From Malacoraja senta (Eukaryota), in the NCBI GenBank assembly GCA_038087875.1, contig CM075986.1, forward strand, positions 7,874,001-7,938,000: DNA of 64,000 nt. Direction: 5' to 3'. The translations under genes and the position numbers were made by a program. Shown here piece by piece: positions 49,968 to 61,607 of this stretch (position 1 is the stretch's first letter; each line of letters starts with the position of its first letter). Under the pieces are notes generated by a model. The model worked only from the letters and a program-made list of their open reading frames with translations, made no database searches and had not been told where the DNA came from.

Positions 49968-51239
49968 TAGCTTGTTATTGGGCAGGAGAAATGGACACAC
50001 CCAAGACATTGGTTGGTTAATAGAAGCCGTAACCAATGGATTGAGGTCTACAAAGATATTCATAAGTTCTAGGAGCAGAATTAGGCCATTCAGCACATCA
50101 AGTCTACTCCGCCATTCAATAATGGAATGGTTGGTCAACATTGGTTATCCGATGGTGCTGACGTCCTCTACAAAGACATTGCAGGAATCTTGAAGGAAAA
50201 TTTCAATACAGTGGATATTCCACTGTAAATTGATCCTAATGTCAACAACAGAACAAATGAAGAGGGTGGAGGGAAGAGTGTCGGTTGGCATGAAAGATAA
50301 CTGTTTTCTGACAAATTATTCCATGATTGGGATAGTTCAGAGAACTAGCAAAGACATAATGAGACATTTTGATAAATGATTAGATTCATTTTGTGCTCTA
50401 CACTGCACACTACTCACATTCTCTTGGGTTCTAGAGTGCCAGATGAAATGCATATTAAACGTACATGGAGAGATAGGTTACCGAATCACTGGTGCCTGAA
50501 ATGGAGACATATACATGTACAACTTGCAGGAAACTATTTTGTAGATGTGAAGACCAAGAAAGTGAGTACGTTTTAGTTTGGCTAAATTTAAACTGTATAA
50601 ATCTTTAAATAATTGATCACCTGTATAACTTCACAGTGTGTTGCGTGGGGTTATGTTTAGAAGGAAAGCAGTGTATTAGGAGTGTGAGTGAACCTCTACT
50701 GATTGAGTAGATCTTGTGGTTTTAGCCTTCCTACAGTGTTGTAGTTTAGTTTGAGAATAGTCAAGGGATATTTTATTGTTCGTACTTACAGCTATAACTC
50801 GGATTAAACAATGAAATCCACAGACATCATTACAGTGATGGTGAATTGCTGTCAAGTGAGCTGGCTTGTTCAACATAGAAATCTTTGCTCCCACTGTGCC
50901 CACTGTTGAAGGCAGAATCAAAGGACCGCAAGAATATGTGAAGAGCTTTATAAGATGACTGGAATAAAGAAACGGCAGACAATGAGGAGAAATCCAAAAT
51001 GCTTTTACAAAAATGCAATCCCTTTATTTAATCTTTTCACAGAAACCACATTAATTACAGATTGTCATGGCATTGAGTACACATCTCACTACTCTACAAA
51101 TGGAAGGTCTCCCCTTACAAAACTCTGTAGATATGTTCAATACAATAACCAATCACCCCTCTTCCTGATAAATCAGTAAAGCTCCATGCATCAGGAGAGA
51201 AAGAAAGCAGTCTATAAACAAAAATGTTCCTATTGTATC

Positions 51240-54200
51240 CAGATTTAAACATTCTTTATTTCTTTAGATTAGAAGATTCACAAACAGACACTAATCTAGA
51301 TGCATCGTGCAGTTTCTTAGCATATACATGCATATTATTTAGAATCTTTTATTATCTAAAAGCAGGAATAAAGTGGAGTTTATAACGTGTTGTATGATTG
51401 CTGACACATTGTTCAGGAAACTATGAAAAATGTCACATTCATGTAAAAAAAATTAATGCAAAAAAAAGGCATTTTATATTTTTTCACTTTTACAATTTGC
51501 TTAAATAGAATTTTTTAAACTTTTTTCTTCTAAACACATACTTTATATACATCTTGAAACAATCATTGCCTTTTAATTGAATGAGGAAGGATAAAGTCGC
51601 CAGCAGACAGACATTCCCAGTCTTGCACCAAAACTGAAAACAATTTAAATTGAACGTGAAGATGCCATCTGGTGTTCTCACAGGCCACTGGCTTGAAGTT
51701 TGATGTGACTGTTAGGATTTGCATTTAGTTTTCTTTCAGTGAGGGGGAAAATGAATTGCACTCATTGTTGGAATGTTCAAAAATATACTTTTTTTTGGCT
51801 CGATTTTCCCTTCCGTTTGTTTTAAATAATTTTAAATAAAAGATTTAAAAATATGCGGAGGGTGAGGTGAATTTCTTATGTACAGACAAGGAAATGTCAG
51901 TGCAGGGAAACAAGGGTTTGTATATTTTTGAATCAGCCATCAGGTTTGCACAGTGAGGAACCCCTTAGTGTTTTAGTGCCTCAAACTGGTTCTGCTCCTG
52001 ACACAACACCAACATGGCTGTCGGCTGTCAGAAAGGTATCTTGCTGGGATAAAGCTCCGAGTTTTCAGCAGGAGAGCTTATCTTACAGCCTTGAATGGGA
52101 AACCTTGAACTAGTTACTGGTTACCTTCTGCATTGGCCATAGTCTGCCAATTTCCCCACTGTAAATGGTTGCATTGTGGTATGAACAGCTCGGGAAAATA
52201 ATATTAACAGGTTAAACTGGACGTAGAAGCACTAAAATCAAATCTTTTGGGCTGACATTTCAGAACTTCTGTGCTGTACGTCATTTAATATTCCAAAGCA
52301 CAATTTCAAAGCAGATGTTTTATATTCCCTGGGACATAATGCGCTCTCTAAACCCCTCCTTCCCCCTCCCCACCCTGTCAGGATAAAGATTTGGAAGCAT
52401 TTGACGATACTGAACCTTGCAGAAACGGAAGGATTGTTGAGCAAGGCTGGGCCATGCATGAATTCAGCTGGACTAACGGAATGAATTTTAATCAGCAAAC
52501 CCTCTTGGCCACCTGGCTGGTTTGTGTTATCTTTCACTCACACAGTTGAACACGTTTCAAAAGGGTTGTAGGCACACAGAATACCAAGTAAAACAGATAT
52601 TGCATTAATTCTCATTTACAATACAAAAGGGAATACTTCCTCTTCATCAGCAGGACTTTGTTATCACCAGATACAGAGAGAGGGTGGGGAGACTCGCTTG
52701 AAATGCTTGTAAATATAAAACAGTCAACGAGGAACCCAGTCTTTAATTAATTCTTCATCTCCTGAAGTTTAGACAGAAGACATCCAATTGGTTTTATATT
52801 GACCAAGCGAGCATTGGAACTGAACATACAAGACCCACCCTCATTCATCGAAAATCCTTTCAATTAAACTTGTTCACAGAAAGATCTTTCTCAGCTCTTA
52901 AGAGGCGGTTTTGTTTTTAACAGGATCGGTGAGGGGAACATGTGGTGGTCCCTGTGAGTTTGTCCTGAGAATGGGAACTCAGAGGGGTCAGTCTACAGGA
53001 CGGTACCCTTCCTCACAAGCCACATTCAGACAGGGATAGTCGGACACAAAAGCAGTCAGATACAATTCACACAAACTCAATACAAAGTGTTAAAAGACCA
53101 CTTAAAATGTAAAGAAACTTACTGCAATTCCAATTAATTGCTTTGTGAATACGATTCTTTGTACAAAAACTCTTTAAGACAATATACAAAAAGAATAAGT
53201 GGTACATTGACTCTGCCAGTGATAAATACTCTGCACTTCTAGATATTGATTTAACAGAAATAAATCATTCTTCATATTCTATTTCTTTTTAATCCTGTGC
53301 TTTTGTAAATATTGTTTTTGTGGTATTTTTAACCTATTTTATGGTAAAGTTCATTATCCAGTTTACCATGGTTCACCCACTATACAATAATACAACCACT
53401 GAACACAACTGGACTTCACTGTGGGCATCAAGCTGCATTTCAGAGCTATAATGTGTTATGCCAGCAGAACAGAGGGGAGAGTGTGAGCAGAGGGGGAAGC
53501 AGGAAAACTGAGAGCAAGAGATGAGTGGGTGTAAGGCAGGAAGGGGGTTAACCGAGTAAAAGAGAAAATGTTGGAAAGATTGAAAATGACAGGAGGTGAT
53601 TGAAGGGAAAAATCAAAGAACCCTTGGTTACTTTTACACTGTACATTGTAGTTCTGAGCAGTTCATTATTATTGTGCTAATCTTTAGTTTACAAAATAGA
53701 TGTTATCCTAATATAGACAACGGTGCTGAGGGGTCTCTTGTGCAATCTTGAGGTCCTCAGGACAGCTGTAGGTATGTAGGGGATAGATCCAGGTCGATCA
53801 CACAACACGTGATGCTCTCAGGTTAACAGGCGGGGGGGGGGGGGGGGCTCCTGATGCATTACAACAAAAGTGCCGATGCAAGACATCAGAAAAACGCAAG
53901 TCCCACCCCTGCCTCCACGCTTTATTATAAGCGGCCCTGATGTAGGATAGAGGGTTAAAGTTGCTGATCTGCCTTGAGCGGAGAGTGCCAGATGTAGTGA
54001 TGTTTTAAGCAGCGGGTGCAGGCTGCGGGCACACACTGTGTAGCTTGTACACCTTCATTAAATGGTGGACCCAACACAAATCACTGACATAAGATATAAT
54101 TATACTTCTTTAGATACCAATGTAAAATGCACAGAACATGTCAAGTGATGAGAATTGTGTGCAGAGTTTGTGAAGTGAAACGTGTCATTTTTTTCACATC

Positions 54201-55100
54201 TATTGTGGTGACACCTTTGTAAACTGCTTGTGCTATTCTCACTAGTAACGGCTAAGTTAACACACGACAGCTCTGACAGCACTGGGCATCTTGGTGTGAG
54301 AGCGGGCAACTGGCTGGTAAGTGCTGGCTGGCGTGGACGTCCCATGTGGAGCATTCTCGGTGATGGGGTCTTCCTCTTCGCGCAGTGCCTCGTGGCTGGG
54401 GAGGTGGAGAGGAGGGAGAAAGGGAGGGAGAGAAAGAGAGAAGGAAGGAAACTGTGTGAGGAGAAATGGGGAAGACCAGGAAGGAGAGCAGATAGGGAGA
54501 GAGGGAGCAGGAAGTGAGGGAGAGACAGGAGAGGGGATGGGGAGACATGCATTGCACGTGAGGGGAGGGGGGTAGAGAGGAGGGGAGGGGGGAGGGGGGA
54601 GTGCAAGAGACGGGGAGAGAGAAGGGGAGTGGGGGGAGGGGGAAGAGAGAAGGGCGAGGAGTAGGGCACAGGAGAGAGGAAGTGAGGGAGAGAAAGCAGG
54701 GGAGAGGGTGGATTCATGGCTCTGATTCTCCTCTGAGTCACAGGTTCAAGATAGAAGGGCAGGAACAGGAGAAGAATCAGCTAGAATGTTGGGGGCTGCA
54801 GGATGGAAAGGGTTACTGGGGCATCTTAGCCAGTGACTGCCCCTCTGGGCACTGCACTGGCAGTGGGTATGGAAGCAGACAGTGCGGAAGACTGCATTGT
54901 GGGCACAGTTAGGTAACGACATTGGGGACAGGGAGCGGAAGCAGAAACGGTGATTTCAGGTTGTGGGGTCGTCCTTGCTAGCAGCAGTAATGACAGGACC
55001 CCCCCAAACCCATTACTGAGGTCTACGAGGATCCTGGGAGGCAAACAGTCTTGTCAGAGTGGCTGACTGGCAAGTCCTCTGAGCCTGCCACAAAATGTCC
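51240..55100 (-). other. SRCIN1: Probable 3' UTR of the convergent gene (SRCIN1); minus-strand AATAAA at 51255-51260
   Basis: Repeat-poor; plus-strand TTTATT and A-rich blocks typical of a reversed AU-rich UTR. The terminal coding exon was not identified. Confidence 0.4.
54400..54710. repeat. GA-rich low-complexity tract
   Basis: Strongly purine-rich plus strand with G-runs. Confidence 0.8.
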
Positions 55101-56197
55101 CCTTGTCATTACAGAGAGGGAAGGGAAGAGATGTGAGCCTCACTGCACGAAACATAGACCAGGCACAACGGGGAACAGAAAGGGGGGTGGAACAGGAGGG
55201 GGGGGGGGGGGAGACAAGAAATTAACAATTAGAATCTTACATTGGTTGCAACGAAGATTACTTTTGACAAGAAAACAACAGTGAACATCAGTAGCCGTAC
55301 AAAGACAACTGTAGACAGCAGAGGATCGGAGTCAATGAATGACTACACAGGCACAGATACACCTGGGTGGACTTTGAAGAAGGGAGTGACACAGTTTAGC
55401 CACAGTTACAAATTCTGATACTAATCCCACATGACCTCTCGTGACTGCTCTACAACGTTTCAAGGATTCACGTTCCTACCTTTCTGTGTTCTTGGTCTTT
55501 TTCTCAGGAACTTTGGCCCAACCAAGTATTTCAGTTACTTGGGAGATACAAGGAAGTGCAGATGCTGGTGTACAAAAAAAGACAAAGTGCTGGAGTAACT
55601 CAGTGGGTCAGGAAGCATCTCTGGAGAACGTGCTTGGGTGATGTTCAGCTTCAAAGTCACCTATCCATGTTCTCCAGAGATGCTGCCTGACCCGCTGAGT
55701 TACTCCAACACTTTGTGTCTATTTCAGTTACTTATTCCAGGCAACCCATTTCCCAGCACTTGAGAACCACCGACATGCTGACTGCCTCCACCAGGTGAAC
55801 CTTGTATGGGTCCAGGTATATTTTGAAGGTCTCAACTCGAAACGTCCCCCTTTCCTTCTATCCAGAGATGCTGTCTTTTCCACTGAGTTAATCCAGCATT
55901 TTGTGTCTATTTTCCTTCTTAATCCCTCTTATTCCCTCTGCTGTAGTCCTATCCCTGGTTCAGCCAGTTATCCCACATTTTATTTATCTTACACACGATT
56001 CCCATGGCTACGTTCATTGGTCTCTACTGACGTACATTTTATTTCCCACATTAAAATGCAGTCAGGAAACTTCAGAAATGCAAATGGAATTAGGCACTAA
56101 CAGGACCTGTTTCCACAAATCTAATTCTGAATCTAATCTAACTGGTCCAAAAACAACCCACTCTGAGATGGTCAAAACTTCAACATAATTGACTGAT

Positions 56198-56400
56198 TAT
56201 AGACAATAGGTGCAGGAGTAGGCCATTCTAGCCAGCACCGCCGTTCAATGTGATCATGGCTGATCATCCCCAATCAGTACCCCGTTCCTGCCTTCTCCCC
56301 ATATCCCCTGACTCCACTATCTTTAAGAGCCCTATCCAGCTCTCTCTTGAAAGTATCCAGAGACCAGCCCCCACCGCCCTCTGAGACAGACTCACAACTC
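56198..56400 (-). mobile_element. CR1 3' end, same subfamily
   Basis: AGACAATAGGTGCAGGAGTAGGCC..., shared with 23745 onward. Confidence 0.85.
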
Positions 56401-56404
56401 TCTG

Positions 56405-56925
56405 ATTGAAAGATACAGCATGAAAACGGGCCCTTCGACCCACCGAGTCCACATCGATCACCCCTTCCCACTAGTTCTACGTTATCCCACTTTCTCATCG
56501 ACTCCCCACATATTAGGGACAATTTACGGAGTGCCAGTTAACCTACAAACCCGCACATCTTTGGGATGTGGGAGGAAGATCATGTGGGAATAAACGGATA
56601 ATTCTCGGGATGGAAGAATGGTTCATTGTCCAACTGTTCACAATATCACCGATTTGTACAAGGCACTGTATCCTGTGTTGAATTTAGTTCAGAGATACAG
56701 TGCAGAAACGAACCCTTCAGCCCATTGAGTCCACGCTGACCATCCATCACCCATTCACACTAGTTGTGTGTTAATCCCACTTTCTCATCCACTCTCTACA
56801 CACACAAGGGCCAATTAATTTACAAACCCGCCTGTCTTAGTGATGTAGGAGGAAACCGGAGCAAACCTATGTGGTCACAGGGAGAACGTGCAAACTCCAC
56901 ACAGACAGCACCCAAGGTCAGGTTA
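56405..56925 (-). mobile_element. Two V-SINE copies (56405-56578, 56683-56925)
   Basis: GAGATACAG..GGCCCTTCG.CCCACCGAGTCC shared with the other copies. Confidence 0.75.
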
Positions 56926-57551
56926 GCATCTCTAACTGCTGGGCTGAAGGGAGGGTAACGGAGTGGAGAGTAATAGGCAGATGGAGTGGTGGGTAAGACG
57001 GGAGGGGGGGGGGGGGGCGGTGGACGGCAGGGATGGGAGGGTGGGGGGATGGGGAGGGACCCCAGGTGTGTCAGTGGGAATGGGGAAAGAAAACAGGACG
57101 TGGGTTAGTGAAAGTTGGAAGATTCAGTGATGGTACAATGGGCTGTGGAAGCCTTGGAATATGAGGTGCTGATCGTGTATGTTGCAGCCGGTGTCTGTGG
57201 AGAAAGCTGAGACAGAGGTTGGTGTGGGCACAGAGAAGAGAGTGGGTCCCTGTAGCCCCCGCTGTGGAGGCCAAGTCATTGGATATTTTTAAGGTGGAGA
57301 TTGACAGATTCTTGATCAGGGGTTATGGGGAGAAGGCAGGAGAATGGGGTTGAGAGGGAAAGATAGATCAGCCACGATTGAATGGCGGAGTAGGCTTGAT
57401 GGCCCATCATTCTCCTCCCATAACTTATGAACGTATGAGTGAGTGACAAAGGCTTTGTGTCTCCTGAACAGGAGTCAAAATGGCGTCAGGTAAGGAGGGA
57501 CGAGGTGAAATGGAAAGCGGGAGGGAGGGATATAGGAAGGGGCAGTTCCCT

Positions 57552-57932
57552 CGCCGTGGCTAGTGTGACCAACATGCTGGTTGCCCGTGGCTACTGGGAC
57601 CTACCTGCTAGAGCCCTACTTGCCGGTGGCTAGTGGGACCTACCTGCTAGAGCCCTGGTTGCCGGTGGCTAGTGGGACCTACCTGCGGGGTGCCCTGGTG
57701 GCCGGTGGCTAGTGGGACCTACCTGCGGGGTGCCCTGGTGGCCGGTGGCTAGTGGGACCTACCTGCGGGGTGGCCGGTGGCTAGTGGGACCTACCTGCAG
57801 GGTGCCCTGGTTGCCGGTGGCTAGTGGGACCTACCTGCTAGAGCCCTGGTTGCCGGTGGCTAGTGGGACCTACCTGCTAGAGCCCTGGTGGCCGGTGGCT
57901 AGTGGGACCTACCTGCGGGGTGCCCTGGTGGC
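57552..57932. repeat. Minisatellite, 39-40 bp unit, about 9.5 copies, derived from an exon-intron junction
   Basis: Unit GCCGGTGGCTAGTGGGACCTACCTGC(GGGGT/TAGA)GCCCTGGT(G/T). Confidence 0.95.
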
Positions 57933-58035
57933 CCTGCAGCTTCAGGTAGTCCTCCCGCTGCTTGTTATGCTTCAACTTCTCGCAGCCTTGCTGCTTCAGC
58001 TTCGGGGCCGGTGGGATGGGCATCCAGCCTCCACC
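57913..58035 (-). CDS. SRCIN1: SRC kinase signaling inhibitor 1 (p140Cap), near-terminal exon (123 nt): GGGWMPIPPAPKLKQQGCEKLKHNKQREDYLKLQGHQGTPQ
   Basis: Minus strand ctgttccccag|GGT...CAG|gtaggt. KHNKQREDYLKLQ resembles mammalian SRCIN1 KHGKQRAEYMRIQ (recalled). The convergent position downstream of ARHGAP23 matches known synteny. Confidence 0.72.
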
Positions 58036-58182
58036 CTGGGGAACAGAGACACGGTCAGCAAGTCACCCCCCCCCTCCTCAGTGTATACCCCCCCCCAACA
58101 CACCCCTCCCACTGGGAAACACACTCCCAACTCTCCCCCACCCTGGGGAACAGAGACACGGTCAGCATGGCTCCCCCAGAGA

Positions 58183-58270
58183 CTGAAGAAGGGTCTCGAC
58201 CTGAAACGTCGCCCGTTCCTTCTCTCCAGAGATGCTGCCTGTCCCGCTGAGTTACTCCAGCATTTTGTGT
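58183..58270 (+). mobile_element. Penelope terminal repeat with hammerhead-like core. Related copies: ~10005-10102(-), 28125-28285, 36015-36270(-), 42800-42898(+), 48203-48330(-), 55543-55910, 58730-58915, 61043-61152(-)
   Basis: CTGAAGAAGGGTCTCGACCTGAAACGTC...CCAGAGATGCTGCCTGTCCCGCTGAGTTACTCCAGCATTTTGTGTC; variants recur more than 10 times. Confidence 0.75.
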
Positions 58271-58998
58271 CCCCCTGGGGCACCCCCTCCCCCCCAGTGT
58301 ACACCCCCTCCACCCCGCCCCCCCCAACTCTGACACACCCCTCCCACTGGGAAGCGCTCTCCCAACACCCCCCCCCTCACCTAGCCCCATCACACACACC
58401 CCCTTCCCCCAGTGGCAACATCAATCCTCCCACCACCAGACACGCATGGCCTGGTGGGTGGGGGGAGCCGGTCTATGGTGAGCCTTGGATCCAGACCCAG
58501 GGGACGGGACAGGGGTTGTCCTCTGCTCTCCAGGGCTGAACCATCCTGGTGCCACAATCCCAGCCCCGGCCGAGATAACAACCCCTCTTGTTTATATCCC
58601 AACTATTGCAATGATTATTTTACACATTTCAGCCAATTGGCTGAAGCTCAGTTTGAAGACAGCTTCATCTGTCAAATTCATCTGTCAAAGACCAATAAAA
58701 GGTTTAAAACTCAGCACATGACACCTTTGCTGGATAGATACAATGTTGGAGTAACTCCGCGGGTCAGGCAGCCTCTCTGGACAACATGGAGAGATGACGC
58801 TTTGGACCTTGAACATCACCCATCCATGTTCTCCAGAGATGCTGCCTGACCCGTTGAGTTATTCCAGCACTTTGTGTCTATCTTTGGTGTAAAGCAGCAT
58901 CTGCAATTCCTTTTTTATTCCAACTTCTCTGGAACCGGGTTTACACCTGATGACCGGAGGGAGGTGTGATTAACAGGACCGTTTCCCTCAGTTCCATC

Positions 58999-59228
58999 TT
59001 TAGATTTAGTTTAGAGATACAGCGCACAAACAGGCCCTTCGGCCCAGCAAGTCCGCGCCGACCAGCGATCACCCCAAACACTAGCACTATCCTACATACC
59101 AGGGAGAATTTACAGAAGCCAATTAACCTACAAACCCAAACATTTTGGAGTGTGGGAGAAAACCCATGGGGAGAACGTACAAACTCCGCAGACAGCACCC
59201 GTAGTCAGGATCGAACCTGGGTCTCTGG
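58999..59228 (-). mobile_element. V-SINE
   Basis: TTTAGTTTAGAGATACAGC...ACAGCACCCGTAGTCAGGATCGAACC. Confidence 0.82.
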
Positions 59229-59932
59229 CCCGCCCCCACACACCACGCAGCCCCTTACCTTCCCCGCACCCCCCTCTCTCCGGAAAGGCAGCGTCACACA
59301 GCAAGAGCAGAGACTTAGAGAAGGTGACAAGGTGGAGTTCAGCCCGAGACAGCAGCAGGAGATCAGGGCGCTGAAAGCACCATCAGCTTGGTGGAGAGAG
59401 CTGAGACGTTGGTTGGCAAGGAGAGGGGAGATGGGCCGAAGGGTCTGAGCGGGACTCCGCCGTCACTGGCACCCAGGCCTCACGACAGCCAGAGAGAAAC
59501 AAAGGGCAGACCAGAGGAGAGCAGCAAACTATCTGAACGTCAGGAGGGAGACAGGAGCTTCAGAGAGTCTCTACACAAGATTCATCCTGATCTCCACCTG
59601 CAGGCTGAGGAGATTAGTTAACCTGGGCCTTATGTTGGCATGGACATTATGGGCCGAAGGGCCTGTTCTGCGATCAGGTTAGAGTTGTATGGAAACAGGC
59701 CCTTCAGCCCACCTTGTCCATGCCGTCCATGTTGACATACTGGGCACATCCCATTTGCCTGGCATTTGGACCATTGGCCTCTAAACGTTCCCATCCATAT
59801 ATCTGTTCAAATATCTTTTATTAGCCATAACTGTATCGATCCTATAGCTTCCTCTGACAGCGCGCTCCAGATATGGACCACCCTCGGAGAGAGTGGTGCC
59901 CCCAGCTCGCTCTTAAATCTCTCTCCGCTCAT

Positions 59933-60195
59933 CTTTAGTTTAGTTTACAGATACAGACCTTTTGGGCCACCGAGTCCGCGCCGACCAACGATCCCCGCAC
60001 ACTGACACTATCCCACACACATTAGGGACACTTTACAATCCTTACCAAAGCCAATTAGCCTACAAACCTGTACGTCTTTGGAGTGTGGGAGGAAACCAGA
60101 GCACCCGGAGAATACCCACACAGGTCACGGGGAGAACGTACAAACTCCGTACAGTCAGCACCCGTAGTCAGGATCGACCCGGGTCCCTGGCGCTG
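59933..60195 (-). mobile_element. V-SINE
   Basis: Same family as 10389. Confidence 0.82.
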
Positions 60196-60419
60196 GAAGA
60201 CAACAAACCTACTGCTGCCCAAACATGCTACTAAAGTACTGGAGCGCCTCTGATCCGGGTAAGCCCAGGTAAGGCCTAATAAGGTCACTTCTCAACCTCC
60301 AATACTCTGAAGAAGAAAGTACCAGCCTAGCCAACCCTCCCTACAACTCGAGCCTGCAATTCCAGGTAACATGCTGTGTCGAGTGTGAAGCAAAGAGACA
60401 GGAGGCTGCACAAGTGCCC

Positions 60420-60682
60420 AGAGTGGAGGGGGGCAGAGGCCCGGAGCGGAGTGGAGCAGGGCAGAGGCCCAGAGCGGAGTGGAGCAGGGCAGAGGCCCGG
60501 AGCGGAGTGGAGCAGGGCAGAGGCCCGGAGCGGAGTGGAGCAGGGCAGAGGCCCAGAGTGGAGTGGAGTGGAGTAGAGGCCCGGAGCGGAGCGGGGCAGA
60601 GGCCCAGAGCGGAGCGGGGCAGAGGCTCGGAGTGGAGTGGAGTGGAGGGGGGCAGAGGCCCGGAGTGGAGCGGGGCAGAGGC
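60420..60682. repeat. G-rich 28-bp minisatellite running into an assembly gap
   Basis: (GGAGCGGAGTGGAGCAGGGCAGAGGCCC)n. Confidence 0.9.
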
Positions 60683-60882
60683 NNNNNNNNNNNNNNNNNN
60701 NNNNNNNNNNNNNNNNNNNNNNNNNNNNNNNNNNNNNNNNNNNNNNNNNNNNNNNNNNNNNNNNNNNNNNNNNNNNNNNNNNNNNNNNNNNNNNNNNNNN
60801 NNNNNNNNNNNNNNNNNNNNNNNNNNNNNNNNNNNNNNNNNNNNNNNNNNNNNNNNNNNNNNNNNNNNNNNNNNNNNNNNNN
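60683..60882. other. Assembly gap
   Basis: N run. Confidence 1.
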
Positions 60883-61280
60883 GTGATAATGAGTTATTCA
60901 GACAATGAAACTCAACAGGGTGACATTCCAAATGATCTCTGGCCCCACCACTACGTTTTAACCCACTGCAAACCTACTTATCATTCATGTTTCCTCTAAA
61001 ATAATTGTCCTAGATTGTCCAAAAGTACTTTGATTTGTTGTGTAAGAAAGAACTGCAGATTCTGGTAAAATTCGAAGGTCGACACAAAATGCTGGAGTAA
61101 CTAAGCGGGACAGACAGCATCTCTGGAGAGAAGGAATGGGTGACGTTTCGGACTTGATTTGTTGTTTCCTTCTTGACGAAAGGAGATTTGCAGATCAGAT
61201 GGACAACTTCTCAGACGTGCAAGGAACAGAGGCAAATATCCCAAGTGAGGATGGCATCTAGTATCCTTCTACACCTAGAG

Positions 61281-61449
61281 CAGTGGTTCTTAACCTGGGG
61301 GTCATTTGGGGCTTTGCTGGAGGTCATGAAGGGGACACAAATAACATATCAATTTGTTGTGCCCATGTTTAGGAACCTAAGGTACATACCACATACAGTA
61401 TTTTGTTCACGTATGCGCGTACTGGTGCCAAAAAGGTTAAGAACCACTG
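61281..61449. mobile_element. hAT (Charlie-like) MITE, 169 bp
   Basis: Perfect 16-bp TIRs CAGTGGTTCTTAACCT / AGGTTAAGAACCACTG; 8-bp TSD ACCTAGAG at 61273-61280 and 61450-61457. Confidence 0.92.
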
Positions 61450-61607
61450 ACCTAGAGGAAGCACACTCGCCAGGCAGTGGAGAGACCGTGATCAGAAAGG
61501 CAGATGTCCCAGGACGAGGTTGTCCCACGACACTTCATGCTGATGCAGGAGATGTGCCCAAAACGCCACTGCACAATTTGTGGTCATGGGGAACTGCGGA
61601 TAAAAAT

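Noticed and set aside
54100-54912. Pro/Ser/Leu- and Gly/Arg/Glu-rich ORFs
   Set aside because: Translations of the GA-rich low-complexity tract.
55000-55400. Candidate SRCIN1 terminal exon on the minus strand (e.g. GSEDLPVSHSDK, or VYLCL..)
   Set aside because: The phase does not fit the phase-0 donor, or there is no convincing similarity to known SRCIN1 C-termini; left unresolved.
57552-57932. CRISPR-like appearance of the 39-40 bp repeat
   Set aside because: No unique spacers and no cas genes, in a vertebrate context; it is a plain tandem repeat.
57712-58539. 275-aa plus-strand ORF
   Set aside because: Stays open only through the minisatellite, the antisense of a coding exon, C-rich low complexity and a Penelope end.
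60341-60999. ORFs spanning N runs (also 13158-13509)
   Set aside because: Artefacts of assembly gaps and the minisatellite.
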